Shown in pieces: positions 50,407 through 64,000 of a stretch of 64,000 nucleotides of DNA. The notes beneath the pieces are model-generated. The model worked only from the letters and a program-made list of their open reading frames with translations, was not told where the DNA came from and made no database searches. The stretch is from Penicillus capitatus (Eukaryota; Plantae; Chlorophyta), in assembly GCA_965649825.1 (NCBI GenBank), contig OZ287700.1:496001-560000 (forward strand), read 5' to 3'. Numbering within the stretch: the first letter of the stretch is position 1; every line of letters starts with the position of its first letter. The position numbers and the translations under genes were made by a program.

Positions 50407-53400
50407 ATGAGTTTGGATTTGACTCGAGTCGAATCGCTTTGTCAACGACTCTACAATTCACAGGTCTGCCGCAAAAGCACGATCCTTTCCGTCTTGTATT
50501 CTTTCTCGAGAGCTATACAGGTCACTCAAGAACGCGAAGAAGCCGAAAAGGTTCTGGGCCCCCTGGGACAAAACAAAGAGCATCTCTTGACTTGTCGAGT
50601 GAGCAACGCATCGAGATGCTTGGTGGCGATAGACCGAGTTTGTAGGAGATTCTGGACAACTCTCGGTCGCCTTTTGCTCAGCTCTTCGCGTCGACGAGTT
50701 TTCGACGACTCGTGACGGAACATGAATTTGCGCCCAACATTCGATTGGAGATGCGGAACTATGTGCTTGAATATTTGATCAAGTACAATTGCGGCGGCTT
50801 GGATATCTAAAAGCGAGGCATATCTGATCTTGCTGTTTACAGAAATGTGAGTGGATTGGAGAGCTTCGTCGTAGCTTCACTGATTCGATTGGTTTGTCGT
50901 ATTGTTCGGATTGGATGGTTCGAGGAACAGCAGCATCGACAGATCGTGGACAGTTGCCAGAAACTCATTTTAGCCCCTGCATCGATGGGACAGTATCTGT
51001 TGGGGGTTCAGATTCTAGAAGGGTTGATTGTGGAAATGAATACATCTCACAAGAGTGGTCGATCTTCTTCTCACGGAAGCAGGTCGTTTCTGTAAAAAGA
51101 GTGAGATGATGTGACATTTGCTAATTGTATAGGAAAACGTCAATGTCATTCAGAGATGATGAACTCATGAAGATCTTCAGAATCTCGTTAGATGCCCTCA
51201 ACCAGGCCAAAAGTGTGACAACCGATGAGAGATTCGCTCTTATGGAGGCGGTAGGTAGATCACACATTTGCGGACAGCAGAGATGAGCAGGGTTGCTGTT
51301 CGGTAGGGACTCAATCTGGCAATCCTATGCATGACGTTTGACTTCATCGGATCTGGATATGATGAAAGTGCCGACGAGCCCAATACCATCCAGGTCCGAA
51401 GGAGGAGTCACTGACCACGATGGCAAGAGAAAGGCGTGTGTGATAGATTCCTTCCCAATGGAGGTCATTGATCGATCAACCAGGACTGGTGGAACTGTGC
51501 TTCTATCTCTACAGTCTGGAGAAGTTGCCCGTTTCGAGATTGGCAATTGAACTGCTGGTACATCTCGCGCGTTGAATGCATTCTCGCTGTAGGCTTGACA
51601 CAGGTGCACATCAGTTCTGTGCGAAGATCCATTTTTCCAAGCGAAGAAGAGAGAAGGAAGTTTCTGGCACGTTTCGTCGAGACGTCTCTGGCGATTCTCA
51701 AGACGCGTCTCCATTTGCAAGACACGCAGAGCTTTAACAGTTTCTGCAAGTTTCTCGGCAGACTCAAGGCGAATTTCAATCTCCAAGATCTTGTTAACGC
51801 AGATGGTTTTCGCGAATGGATCGAAGCTGTTATGGAGTTCACTCTCAAATCTCTCACACAATGGCAATGTGCCTCGGGGAGCATGATTCATTTGATCGCT
51901 CTCTGGGCACGGATGGCGACATCCTTGAGCTACGTTAAGGTCGATGACTCGTGCCGCTTGATCGAAGACAAGATTCCCGAAATCGTCCATGCCTACATCA
52001 ACTCTCGCATGGAATGTGTCCTGGGTGCCAAGAATGGAGTGATCGAAGATCCACTGGAAGATGAAGGCAGCGTTCAGGAGCAGTTGGATTCCTTTCATCA
52101 ACTCTGTCGGTTTAAGTATGCAAGCACAAGAGATGTCTTGAACCGATACTTTGAACCTCTCCTCCAAGAGATGAATCAGATGACAAGCCAGACAACAGGT
52201 ACAGCTTCACATACCCGTTTCCTTCTGGCATCACAGACAGTTGCTGCAGATCCTGTGCAGTTTGCCGTTACAGAGGGGAAGCTGACATGGATCGTACACA
52301 TCATCTCCTGCATCATCAAAGGACGGCCGGCATCTCCGTCTGAACTGAGTGTGAGAGAATATGCATCGGAGGGACGTTGGTGCTATAAGCATTGTGCGTT
52401 AAGGATTCAACAGATGGAGATTTGTCGTCGAAGGTCTTCCTGTTGTGTCACGTTCTCCAACAGGGCCGACATGTGCAGCGAAGTACTGAGGTGTCCCGGC
52501 AGAGATTGGATATCGCCATACTGAGCTTCCTCGACAGCTTCAGGGCAACCTACATTGCAGAGAATCGAATGACGGCTTCCAAAGTTGGCGTGGTTTAGAT
52601 GAAGAGTCCATTGAATGGTGCTGTGCTGTAGCAGTTGTTCGTGCAGATGTCAGAAAGCTTGGGCGACAATTCTGCGGCGCACAAAAACGAACAGTTGCTG
52701 GAACTGATCGTGGACAGAATTGTGTGGAATCTTCAATTCTATGCATCGGTGCCCACCCTCATCACTCCTTCTCTTCGTCTATTCAGGGTAAGGGTCTTCT
52801 CTTTGGGCACCTGTCCAGCAGTTGTTTGGACTAGGATGTGGCCAATACGTTTGTCAGCTCAAAAGCTCTGCCCAAGCTGACGACGATCAAAAAGATGTTG
52901 TCTGGGAGCGGTTCGGATTTCGTGTTTCTAAACGAACAGACCAATGCTCGCAATCGAACGCTTTTCTACTTCATTGTCAGTCGACTGCTCTTCACTGAAG
53001 ATGTTCTGAGCAAGTTCCAGTCCTTTGTCTCTCCGATCCATCAGGTCATCACCGTCCATCGTTTCCCAGCTGCACTGCAGCCATGATTTGCTCTCAGGTG
53101 CTAGAAGGACTTAGATCTTTCACAGCTGCCGATGCTCTACGGAACAATGTCCCAGCGAATACAGTGATAGGTGTTTTTCGTGATTTGCGAGGCATGCTGG
53201 AAGCCACCGTATCAGAACGCTACTATGGTAAGTTAGCTGCTGAGAAATTTGATCGTGTTCTTTGATCTCTGCATCTCTGCAGGTTTCATTTTCGACTGGT
53301 TGCATTCGCATTACTTTCCTGTCATTGTCAATTGCATTGAAGCCTGGGTGGATCAACCAGAAGTCACGACGCCGATTCTGAAATTCATGACAGAGTTTGC

Positions 53401-54441
53401 CTACAATCGTTCTAACAGGATATCTTTTGGCGTCTGTTCTCCAAACGGTTATCATCTTTTCAGACTGGTGTCTCAAGTGGTCGTGGCCTACGGTCGCCGT
53501 GTGATTCTTTTTCCCAAGGAAGGGAATCAGTACCGACTTCGGCTGAAAGGCACCTGGATCTGTTTTCTCTTCTTCTCCAGAGCATTGATCGGCAACTATG
53601 CAAATTTTGGCGTCTTTCAACTCTATGGCGATCCAGCTCTGAGCAATGCAATGGAGGTGACGCTGAAGATGATGACCATGCTCTCCCCTAAAGAAATCGT
53701 CGAGTACAAGAAGATTGGAAGAGCATACTTTCCTCTGTTAGATAAGCTCATGGAAAACCATATGGACTATGTGGCCAAGTTGGATTTCCAGAACTTCAGG
53801 TCATTGATGACATCGTTGGAAACTGGACTCAAGTCTTTCGACACGAGTTTCTGTGCAACCTGTTCAGCTGCGGTTGACAAACTGGCAACATACTACTACA
53901 CGTACGACCGCCTGTCATCTTCAGAGCCTCATGATGTGACTGCTAGATATGTGGTGGCGCCCACTGGTTTCGTCATTTCGGTGCCCGAAGCTGCCAAGAG
54001 CTTGGATCAGCTGATACAGATGTGGCCAACACTCTTTCCGAGTCTCTTGAAGACACTGATGGATATTGCCCTCTTTGTAAGAGCTCTTGGAGTGATCACT
54101 TCTGACCCCCACTGTTTTTGGCGTTTGTTGCTTAGGAAGAGGCCAGTGCTATGTGGAGTCTGAGTCAACCCATCCTTGCTTTGATTGTCATTAACGAGTC
54201 ATGGTTTGCACAAATCAAAGACGATCTCGTCAGAGAACAGCCAGAAGAGCGCCAGAAACATGCCATCCAGTGTCTGTCAAAACTGATGGAGGGCATCGAA
54301 CGGAATCTCGACCCAAAGAATAGAGAGACCTTCAGTCATGTAAGCGATAAAACTGCACCACGAGACATCTCGTTTCTGATGCTTGTGTGTGTCCTACAGA
54401 ATTTGTCAGCTCTGAAACATGGCTTCAAAGGCAAGAAGTGA
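50407..54441 (+). CDS. XPO7: Exportin-7 / RanBP16
   Basis: LTRVESLCQRLYNS, RLVCRIVRIGWF, SFRDDELMKIF, CMTFDFIG, CKFLGRLKANFNLQDLV, EGKLTWIVHII, RNRTLFY, SPNGYHLF, YANFGVFQLYGDPAL, NLDPKNRETF. Confidence 0.95.
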
Positions 54442-54735
54442 GGTTCTGCCTAACCGAAGCCTCTCAGCTCCTGCTTTCGTGTTGTTGCATTTTTCAGAAC
54501 TCCAAAGAAAAGAGGTGTCAGCAGCGGAATGTCATCCCGCCAACGCGTCTGGAAGGTCTGCACGTGAGGAAGGCTGCACAGAGAATGCATGACAGCAGAC
54601 ATGTGAACGATTGGCTGCTGTTTGTAATAGTAATAGAATGAAGACGTCTTGAGCATCACCATCATTGTACAGGCGTACAAAGAACCGAGTCTGTCACGTT
54701 CCTTCCTACCCACAGAAAGAACAATCCGCCGACAT

Positions 54736-57700
54736 TCAAGAGGATGTTTGTTGTCTAAGTGAATGGTAGAAATATCGAATCGACACAAAGACATGTGCAA
54801 TCAACAACAACGACGATGACAATAACAACAACGCCAACAACGCTTTAAAGACTTTCAGATTATTGAAGGATACAACCCTGAGAGTGTTCAGAAGGATGAC
54901 CTCTGTGAAAGACACCCGTCCAAATACTCTGTTGTCTGTAGCACAGATGAATCGTGCTGGAAAGCGCGTGCAAAAATGAAACAATGATTCGGCAGCATCT
55001 TCTTCGACCCACAAGTGGAAACCAGTTCTAATCTCTCTATTCGATTGCTGGGCTATCGCTTGCTATGGGTGACAAAAACACCTCGATATCATAGTTATCA
55101 GGTTTTAAGGCTATCGGCACGACGATGAGGTAGAATCCAGGCAAGCGTGCAATCGCTACCAGATTTTGATTAAAAAGACCGCAAACCTGGGATGGCTGCG
55201 ATTCCTTATCCAACGATAGCTCAAGTTTCACAGCCTGCAGAAGAAGTCACAGATTTAGATGTATGTCTAGAGGAAGAGATCGACAGAGCCTGTGTGCATT
55301 GCTGCTTGAATGTTGTCTTGTCTTCGAACTGAGTGATCGGTATGGTTGCTGGCATACGAACCCAGATTTCACTATTCACGTACCCAGACACTCGAAACAA
55401 TGGACGGGATGGACTCCCAGTGCTCGTAAGAAGAAGACAAGTGATCCATCGACCGTTCTCTTTTCTCGGTCCCTAAAACACCATCACCGCCTTTGATCAG
55501 ATGCCCCTCGCCATCGGGTGAGGGAAGGTACTTTCATCCACGCGGCATCTTTATTATTCGGCAACCGTTGCGTCGGGGGCCTCGCGCGTGTGGCGTTCGT
55601 ATCTTTTTCTCTAATGTTGTCTCCCAACTGTGTTGTTGAGTCTGTCGGGAGATGATTTTGTTGAAGGCTTCCTGTTTCTGTCATTCCTAATCCTTGGACA
55701 CTATCCGTCGTCTCCAAGGGCAATGTCGCTCCTTTCTTGACAATCTCTTCGATGTGTGTCTGAGTCAATTGAAATACTCCGTCCCCTTGTACGTGATGGT
55801 TAGGAATTACCAAGAATCGATGATGTCCTAGATTTCCAATACCGATGGATGGTTGGCTGTAAAGCGCGGGATGCTTACCGTTAGATAACTGCATCCCTGC
55901 AGGACGTCCAATCTGTACGAGCCCCGTGGGGCAAGTGTCAGCAGGTGTGTTAGCAGCCAGTTGTCGCACAGGCTTTTGAAAATGTCCGTCTGTCACTCTG
56001 TGTGTACACACAAGAGGCCTCAGCAACGATCGATCGTTTATTTCTGGATGACTTTGGGGGGATCAATGTGTTTGGAAATCCAATCGTCGTTTCTGGCATG
56101 GGAAGCACCCCTGACAGACGACATACATATTCTGGGAACGCGTGAGCGATGCATACCTGCTCGATGTTCATTGAAAAATGTCATGGTTCCAGGAAATCTA
56201 CGTGGAAAACCTGTTTCTTTGCTCTCCTCTTCAAACGCCGTTCGGTAGGCAGAATCGCAGCGACGCATTTCAATACTCGCCGATCGCGCAGGGCAACGCA
56301 ATCTACACATAAACACACGTATTCAGCACAGGCGCCCATTTACCTTTGAGATCGCTGACTCATTGATCGATGGCGGAGACGACATGCGACCGATCGGTAA
56401 GTTCAATCGATTGAAAGTCACAGTTGGATTCTGACCAATTGGCAGAACATTTTTGGCATGGTCGTGTCGAGTGTTTTTCGCTTCTCCAAATATCAACGAG
56501 GGTGATGGGGTCTCCGTCGAAAGCGCCATGGCGGGGAAAAGAAGAAAAGGCGTGCACAAGTCCAGAGGTGGACTCTGCTGCAGAGGAGACGCATCAACTG
56601 GACATTCAGATAGGAGATGGGGACACACCTGAGAGAAGCCTACGGTTCTGCGGCACCTTTCTTCCAGCACGTCGACGATCTCTGTTGGAGGAGGAGACAG
56701 ACACGGAAACATAAGTGAGGAGGCGATTCCAGATTTCGGTAATTGTGGTTCATTCGAGAAAAGGCCAGGGCTCTTGCTAGATGTCGCATCTTGCGCAAGC
56801 ATTGCGTTTTCAGAAGATGAGTTAAAGTCTGTGTCTGTGCTTGTCGCCTTTGCAGTAAGGTTGGAATTCTTCTCGCTGTCCGAGGCACCGGCAGCAGCCG
56901 CCATTACCGTTTTGTATTTTTCGATAAAATCTGTGAGTTGTCGTTGTTTCGAAGACATGTCTTTCTCCTCGAGTATCGTACGAAGTTCGAGAATTGCCGA
57001 GGACTTCACTCGCAACTGTCCGAGAAACGGCTCATCGGAGACATGTAGAAATCCGATGGCCACCTTCAGTCGCCAAGTGAAATGTTCGGAATCGATAGAA
57101 GGCGCAGCGGAAATATCGCTCAGCCAATCCAGCCTAAAGGAACGACGGATTAGATGTATGTATGTGTGAGATGGAATGTATGGATACCACAGCCTTGATG
57201 ACAGTTGGGTACTGGACGAAGCTTCCAGCAGAAACGTATGCTCCTTCGTCGCGTCGATCTTCGGTGCCTTTGTCTCTCCCGTTTTGTCGGTGACGAGCTC
57301 CTGCACAGCAACACGGAAGGGTTTGTTTATGTGTACGGCGATATCTGCCGAACGTCTTCTCTTTCGTCGTCGACTTTCGAAGGGCATACGTATGCGTCGG
57401 GCGAAGTCTTGTCGGCTGTCTTTGCGGCAACGCCAGTTGGGAGTTTCCTTTCATACTCTTCCCCTGAACGACACGACCGAAGGGCCGCGGATCATGCCTG
57501 GCACGTGAGCAATGACGTGGGTGGCTTTCACCTTGTAATTGAAGAAAGCGCGGTGAGCTGACGGGTTCTTTGCCGTTCGTCGGATGTTGTGGTGGAGAAC
57601 GACGCCCTTTGCGTTGTCGCTTCGACCTCTGAGGGATACCTAAGCGAGCAGTCCTGCTCTTGTGATTCGCACCGTACAATTCAGCGCACCGCTGCATCTT

Positions 57701-57942
57701 CCGCCAAGGGGAGTTGGGTCACCGGTGCCGATCGGAGGGGAGCTCGTCCGTTTCTTGACCTTCTGAAAACCCGTTCCTGACACCCATTCGGACGGAATGA
57801 ACAGGAGAAAGGATGGTGTGGCAATGTGGACCACCACGACGGGGTCCTGTGAATAGCGGTTTGGCTCACCGGGTAGAGATGGCCGTCTCGTTCTGCTATG
57901 GGTTGCTCCTGTCTTCAGGGGTTTCGCATCAGCGTTGTCCAT
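54736..57942 (-). CDS. Large multi-exon protein of unknown function (possible PH-like segment, C-terminal TM helix); boundaries approximate
   Basis: ORFs 56323-57387, 55484-56026, 55037-55231 and 54736-55014 flanked by GT-AG introns. HTFLLEASS...LWLDWL resembles a PH C-terminal strand-helix; ends with hydrophobic ALLALLLLSSSLLLIAHVFV. Confidence 0.5.
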
Positions 57943-58252
57943 ATCTGCTATCGCGAAATTGTCTGGCGGAACGTCGCTTTTACGAAGTCGTGTATGTCCT
58001 GCAACAAACAAAAAATACTGTTAAGTACGTAGTACTTGTCGTTTGAAACGAGGCCTGGTCGCGAGAAAAGAGACCCGAAGCCCTAGCGCGGAATCCCGCG
58101 ATGCACGAAGGTCTATCAGTCGAGAACGGACCCCATCTAGGACGAATGGCGAGTCACAAAAATAGCGACGAGCTTGTCGTCTTCTCGACCATTCACGGCA
58201 TTCAGCAAGACGCGAAGGTCGGACGAGGCACCGAAACGTAGGCGGCGTGGAA

Positions 58253-58885
58253 ATGGGTGCTTCCGAAGTGGCGCTCGGCAAATTGCTTCCGGCGCATTAA
58301 GATTAGATCTTCTCTGTCTTACCTATGAGACACAGCTAGAGGCGCCAATATATTCACAGTCTTCTTCTGGGCGTTTCCTGTACAAGACGAGCTCCGTTCG
58401 TCGAGAGAAGGATCCGTGGGCGAATGTGCGCGAACGACTGTATGTATGGTCAGGCTTTAAAGTCGTGCATTCCGGACGCGGTACCGCTCTGTCAAGTCTC
58501 CCTTCTCCAAAGCGGTACATCATCCTACGTCCATCGCATTCGAAGGTACCACTCTTACGGTGGAGAGGCCACGACACGGTATATCCTTCTCTATCGTCGT
58601 CGATCGGGCCTCCTGCAGACCGTGGCGCTGTGCCGTCGCCGAAGCTCGCGATCGATTTGGGCAGCGGACGGTTGGGTGTCTGGACCTTCAAAAGTACAGA
58701 AACCTGTCTGCAGGACAGACGCATGTCCTCCATGACGCTACATTTCGAGTTGCGCTACGTTGGCAGAGGAGTCTGATGGAACTGCAAGCATTGTTCTTCA
58801 CAGGAAGTGGAGTATTGCAGATACGTTTATTGTCTAAAATGATATCGCAGTAATTGGTTGTCTCACTGCCTATTGCTCTGCCTAA
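58253..58885 (+). CDS. Small spliced hypothetical protein
   Basis: In-frame TAA codons are removed by plausible introns 58440-58496 (GTATGT..AAG, 57 nt) and about 58806-58850, giving ..VGECARTT/SPFSKAVHHP..GISFSIVVDRASCRPW..LQALFFTG/IIGCLTAYCSA*. Start uncertain. Confidence 0.4.
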
Positions 58886-60702
58886 GGTCATCAAGGCCCG
58901 AATATCAAAAAGATTGAGAGTTGCTCTTTGTGAATCACTGACAACTACATGCTACTTGCGACAACAATACAGATCCGCTGTCCAAAGCAATACCGCATCT
59001 CATCTTTGTCCATTTTCTGACAAGATCAGACTGAAGGACCCCCCATTCGCAGCCTTTCTTTCCGCTTGTATTAGAACCAAATTGCACGGATATGAAGGGG
59101 TTGGATTATTGGAATGGCGTTTTGACAATCTAGAAAGACCATAATTGACGTGTCGTGGCAATGAAGGCATCCAGACAACACCCATCTACTTCTAAGACGA
59201 TACAATGTAGTGCGTGACCCAAAAATGTGAATCAGTCTTCCACTTTAAACGAGACACCCAACAGGAAAAAGAGATTTTTTATCCGCAGAGTGCTGCACCA
59301 TTTATGCGTGCACCTGCGGCATGCAGCTTGAGAACAGGATAGAAAGATAAAGACTGTCAGAGAGGTCGGGGAACACTAAATGCGTGCAGCACAAAAAGAT
59401 AGATAGATGTCGAAACAACACGATGGTGACCAGCATGACTTGTCTTACGGGCCGCTCCAGCCTGGTCCCAGATGACGCATCCAAACATGCTTCACAGTCA
59501 TCAGCAAATGCGCGAAGCATGGGCATGGACAATGTCGCACCCCCGTAAAAAAAGAAGACAATGCTCATTTTGACAGAAAAAAAGATCAACCAGTCAGGAA
59601 AACGAAACAGTTTCTCCACAAAAAGCTCTCAGCATTCGGTGACAGGGGTCACATCATTTGTTTGGAATCCTCGAATTCGGAGGTTCAAGAGTCTCCAAGA
59701 CCAAATGGATAACAGTGTCATGCTCTCAAACAGACATTTATGAGGCAATACAACGCAGATATCCGCCGTCTTCTCTTACTCTTCAGACAGAGTACCTGAT
59801 TCAGCGTCCTCGCATCATTCATCATTGGACGGACGCTTGCATCAAGAGAGTGAAATCACAGCACAAGAGATATCATCACTCATTCTCAGAATTCTTTCAA
59901 ACATCTCCAAAAGGGGCAGTACTCAAATGCGATACGTTTGGGGGTAGATAGAAAGATACACATACACCAGGTTCAATAATCGTTCAGCATGGCTGAGCTA
60001 TCAGTGCAAGACAATGCTGTCTCACACAAAACTCGACCACAGACAATTTAAACAGGGAGGTAAGTGTGCAGTGTGGAAGGGTGATCTAGATCAGTTTCGT
60101 CTAGTTAGTCAAGCACAAAAGTGGACAGTCATGCTGCACTTCTCAAAACGGACAGCCGGGAGAGCAAAGAAAAAAACAGTTGCAACCCATACCAGACACT
60201 GCCACCCTTCTTGCTACAAGAAGGACATCCTTATCATCTAAGCTATCTCCATCTCCTACTGATTTCTCAGACACAAGATTCCCTACCAACAGAGCAGACA
60301 GGACTATGGTCATTCATCCGCTTCTATGTTGCCAAAGAAACACAGACAACTGCTGTCACAGAGATAGAGATACAGGGGTCAATATGACAGACAGGCATGC
60401 ATGTACTTCACACGCATTTATTTCATCCATGCACGGTCTGGTCTGTCAGCAAACGGAAAGAATTAGCCCTTGGAGCAAGAACGATAACTGGGGTGGATGG
60501 ATGGATGGGTTTGTCAAAGCGAAAAATGGACAATTCGAGATAAGAAAGAGGATCGATCATTTCTAAATAGATAGATAGATGACGGACAGAGCACAGGACA
60601 GGGTCTGGGTGTAAAGATAAACAATCAAATGGAAGGGGTGGGAGGTCTATCGGGCACGCACACATGCTCCTCACCTGCAACACATCTCCTGTCACATCAC
60701 GC

Positions 60703-62174
60703 TCATATCCAACGAAAATGCGACGGACCCTCTTCCTTTAGAATCCCATCTGAATCGTGGTCTCCGCTCCATCCTCCATCTTCGGTGTCTGACGGAGGCA
60801 AGGCATGACCACAATCATCATCATCATCATCATGACGGCGAATAGAAGCTCTCAACGAATTGGCCGTGATGGATTGATCCTTGCCCGCATGAGATAAAAT
60901 CTTGACGCCGCATTCCGATGCTTTGTTCAACATGTAAGCCCCGAATTCCCAAGCACCGTACATACAGGATTGGCGTAATACATTCATGAAGACATCCGCG
61001 ATAACAGATTCTGGACCCTGTCCTTCTTCCAATTGTTCAAACAAGAGATCCACCTCTGTTAGGAACGCCTGGAAAGACTCCAACCATACGAAGTGCATCA
61101 TCGCTTGTTGATCGGCTTTCAGTTCCTCAGGCAGCGACGTGGAGTCGCGCGTCACATCGATCATCTTGGCAAACAGCTCCTTGATGTCTTTAACGACCAC
61201 AGGAGGGACAACGCAACAAGGCATGGTCACCACGCTACTGTCCATCACCAATAAAAAAGTAACGATTCCTTCAGACATCGCAGGCAACTCCACTCTGTCA
61301 CAAGATCTCTCTGTTAGAAAGGAGATCCGGGATCTTAAAGATTGTCCATCTTACTGTATCTTTCCGGCACGGATGTCTCGCTCGGTGAGGTCTTTTTCGA
61401 ATAAAATTTGGGAGTGATGTTGCGCGAAGATGCGCGCTTGGCTCGTTCTGGCGACGCCAATAAAATGGACGTCGATCGTTGAGGGCTTTTCGATCGGCAG
61501 AGCGGGTGGGACCAGCAAAGTGCAGCACATAGCGTCCCTGGATACCCATCTCGAACCGTCGCCATCAAAGTTCCACTCGCTGTCGACGTCCCCCGCGCCT
61601 TCGTGTAGCGGCGCAAAGCCTTTGCGTTCCTCCACTGCCTCTTCGCCGCAACGGTGAGACAAGATACGTGCCTCAGCGTTTGTCGGTGTAGCGATCGTAT
61701 AGACCGTCGTGACATGCTCCATCGCTTAACCTCAAGCCACCTGCAGCGACAGACATGTATCATCTAACCGGCCGTCTGACCCGAGCCATTGTTGGAAGGA
61801 AGGCTCGTCGGAACAAAAGGGGCCAGAAAAGTCGGTGTCCCCATATAGTTCAATGCTATGACGGCGTTCGGAAGTGAGCGCGCGCTCACGACTCACCTGG
61901 GAAGCTGAATTGGTTTTCCGACTATTACCACCAGAGGACGCACGTGCCAACTCGATGCGTGCCGCACGTGCAAGCCACACAAACTCAGAACGCTGCGCTC
62001 GCTATGCGTACTGTCGGTAGAGATTTCGGAAATCAACGTGTTCTGCACAACCGTCTGCTGTACCGTGCGTTCACGTGCAGCCACCCTGACAAGAGCGTTT
62101 CGACGGTTGACTTGAAGGTACTGTCGTATCTCTCCGCGGGCCTTCACCGTCAGCCGAGGGACGCCTGCCGTCAT
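60703..62174 (-). CDS. Protein resembling the C-terminal module of SPL1/SPL7/CRR1-type SBP factors; no SBP domain seen; 3' end may extend below 60703
   Basis: HVRPLVVIVGKPIQL, ARIFAQHHSQIL, VTMPCCVVPPVVVKDIKELF, FLTEVDLLF, VFMNVLRQSCMYGAWEFGAYMLN. Exons linked by GTGAGT/GTAAGA introns. Confidence 0.5.
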
Positions 62175-62280
62175 CCCAACAACGCTGCTAATTTTGGAAC
62201 GTTCTCTACGTTGCTCGGCTATCAGCTCAAGATTTACAGAGATTCTGAAGAATCTATTAACAAGGAGGCGAACGCGTGCG

Positions 62281-64000
62281 TTAAGCTTCGAGCTTGCCCT
62301 GAGCCAGTGTCAGTGTATCCATGAGCGAAATGATGTCGAAGTCATTGGTAAACTGAATCGGAAACCTGCCAAAACACAACCGCTGCTTCCGATGCCGTAG
62401 ACAACAGGTACAGGCATTACCGAATTCCATTTTCGGAGCCACCCAGTTCACTGACAGCAATCATGAGATGCCCATTCAGTACTTTAGATTCAAGTTTAGA
62501 ACAGAGAACGATGTCCAGGGACTGTTTGTCGACGTACTGGACCACATGCTTGAACAGGAGATCCGCTGCCTGTCTACGCAGGACGTCACGTTGACAGAAG
62601 GTCGAAAGATATTCACGAAAGCAGAGATGGATCATGCTACATACCATACCTGTGCCGTGAGAGATGTCGCATGGTATGGATACGAACGTACCTAAAAACT
62701 TCGGCTGGAGAGACAGTACTTTGAAACCCTAATGTATCGAAAGAGCATTTGAAGCGAGCATAGTCGCTTGATCGAATGGACAGCGTGTAGACGTCGGGTT
62801 CGGTCGTCCCGGGCGTCGGGGAGAGATCTCCGGCCACCACGTCACCGAGTCTCTCTAACATAGACTGCATCTCCGTGATGGACAAGGATCCAGATCCTGT
62901 CAAGGGGCTGACATACATGGAATGGAGTGCGTGTGATGTGACCTTGAGTGAGTTGTCGAGCGAGGACTTCGGCATTGAGGGCGATTGAGCTGCGGAGTCG
63001 CTTCACAAAACAGGTTCCGAGGGATAGCGATTCCTTAAAAGCTTCTTCCGATTGCTCCTGTGCCTCACGCAGGACCTTTTCGACCTTTGCATCTGTAGCA
63101 GAGCTAATTCCCCATTCCAATTGTCGCTCCTCTCTGTTGTCTTCTACATAGAGCAGAGGATCGATCGAGTGGAAGGCAATCGAATGGTGTACCTCCCATG
63201 GCCACCTGCGCCGCTTCATGTTTCTTGAAGATGTGAATGGCACGTATGGCTCGCGTAAGACTGTCAAGGAATTCGTTGGAGCTGTCGTCTCCAGGCGAGG
63301 GAAGCGAGACATCGAAGGACAGCATTCCTGCATCGTCTGGATCTCGGTGGATGGGAAGCTGACGGAAGACAATGCTGGCAATGAGAGGACACCACGTGAA
63401 AGGGGGAGGATTACCTCAAGGTGCAAAGGTCCTTCATACGATGCCTCTTCCACTCCAATTTGGAGACTCTTTGCATCTGCACGAGCAATGATAGACGATG
63501 CGAATGACTTGAAATGCGTTTTGAACGACAGCAGTTTTGTTTTGGTATGTGAGTACCATTCCTGTAACGCCCTAAGCTGCTCATCCAGTGGCAAAGCGGC
63601 AGACAGAGACCTAGATCGCCATACAGAGTGATCCATAAGATGCTACATCCTGGATCTCACTTTTCTGCGTGTACTTCCCTTGCGGAGCGTTCACAGTAGT
63701 CTCTCAGAGCCCAGAGACAGGCATCTGTGTCTAATTGGCAGTTGAGTTGGGTCAGCAGACACTGAGTGCGAACGGGCTTTGCAGCGAGGCGAGCAACGCT
63801 TCCGTTCATCAGGGTCACGAAGTCAAGTGTGGATGCCAACCCTTCGGAGTGTGCCACATGACGGAGAGCTTTATTCCAAAGGTCACACAATGCAAGCCAG
63901 ATATCTGTTGAGGCATAGCGATCATAGAAACGACAGAGTTCGTGAATCGAGCAAAGACCAGACCATCCCTCGGACGGATTCAGCAGGCTCCACTTTTCTT
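62281..64000 (-). CDS. 3' part of a large multi-exon protein of unknown function (5' end beyond window)
   Basis: ORFs 63657-63890, 62842-63636, 62637-62975 and 62417-62647 splice in phase to ..SENGIR/FPIQFTNDFDIISLMDTLTLAQGKLEA*; TGTAA 43 nt after the stop. Confidence 0.6.

Noticed and set aside
62281-64000. KNL1/Spc7 kinetochore assignment for the last gene
   Set aside because: Only vague coiled-coil plus alpha/beta resemblance; no diagnostic motif visible.

Overview
Eukaryotic nuclear DNA from a very compact, intron-dense genome. About 30 protein genes with mostly 45-60 nt GT-AG introns lie in 64 kb, plus one tRNA-Leu(CAA). Plastid-targeted genes (CURT1, a DUF3110-like protein), a MUT9-type kinase, flagellar CFAP73 and several TGTAA poly(A) signals point to a flagellate-stage chlorophyte green alga; finer taxonomy cannot be read from the sequence. 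The standard genetic code is used. Recognisable genes: hnRNP F/H-like, MUT9/MLK kinase, SMC2, RPA1, CURT1, plastid FAD oxidoreductase, CDK20-like, NDC80, GT31 galactosyltransferase, CDC48, CFAP73, CSN1, a SET-domain protein, mitochondrial bS1m, a zDHHC, TMF/golgin GC5, USE1 and exportin-7. Most interesting observations: (1) a same-strand run zDHHC-33 nt-bS1m-94 nt-tRNA-65 nt-SET, and an oxidoreductase-61 nt-CURT1 pair, both candidate polycistronic units; (2) a head-to-head pair of anciently duplicated orphan coiled-coil genes; (3) a 2.4 kb AT-rich gene-free island with a perfect hairpin and a 35 bp x3 repeat; (4) a degenerate repeat array at 1.3-1.95 kb; (5) a broken NFKBIL1-like gene; (6) an SPL/CRR1-like C-terminal module with no SBP domain; (7) a USE1 ending in KHEL. 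Exon structures were assembled by eye and domain calls come from motif recognition, not database searches. No CRISPR array, rRNA or intact transposon was found.
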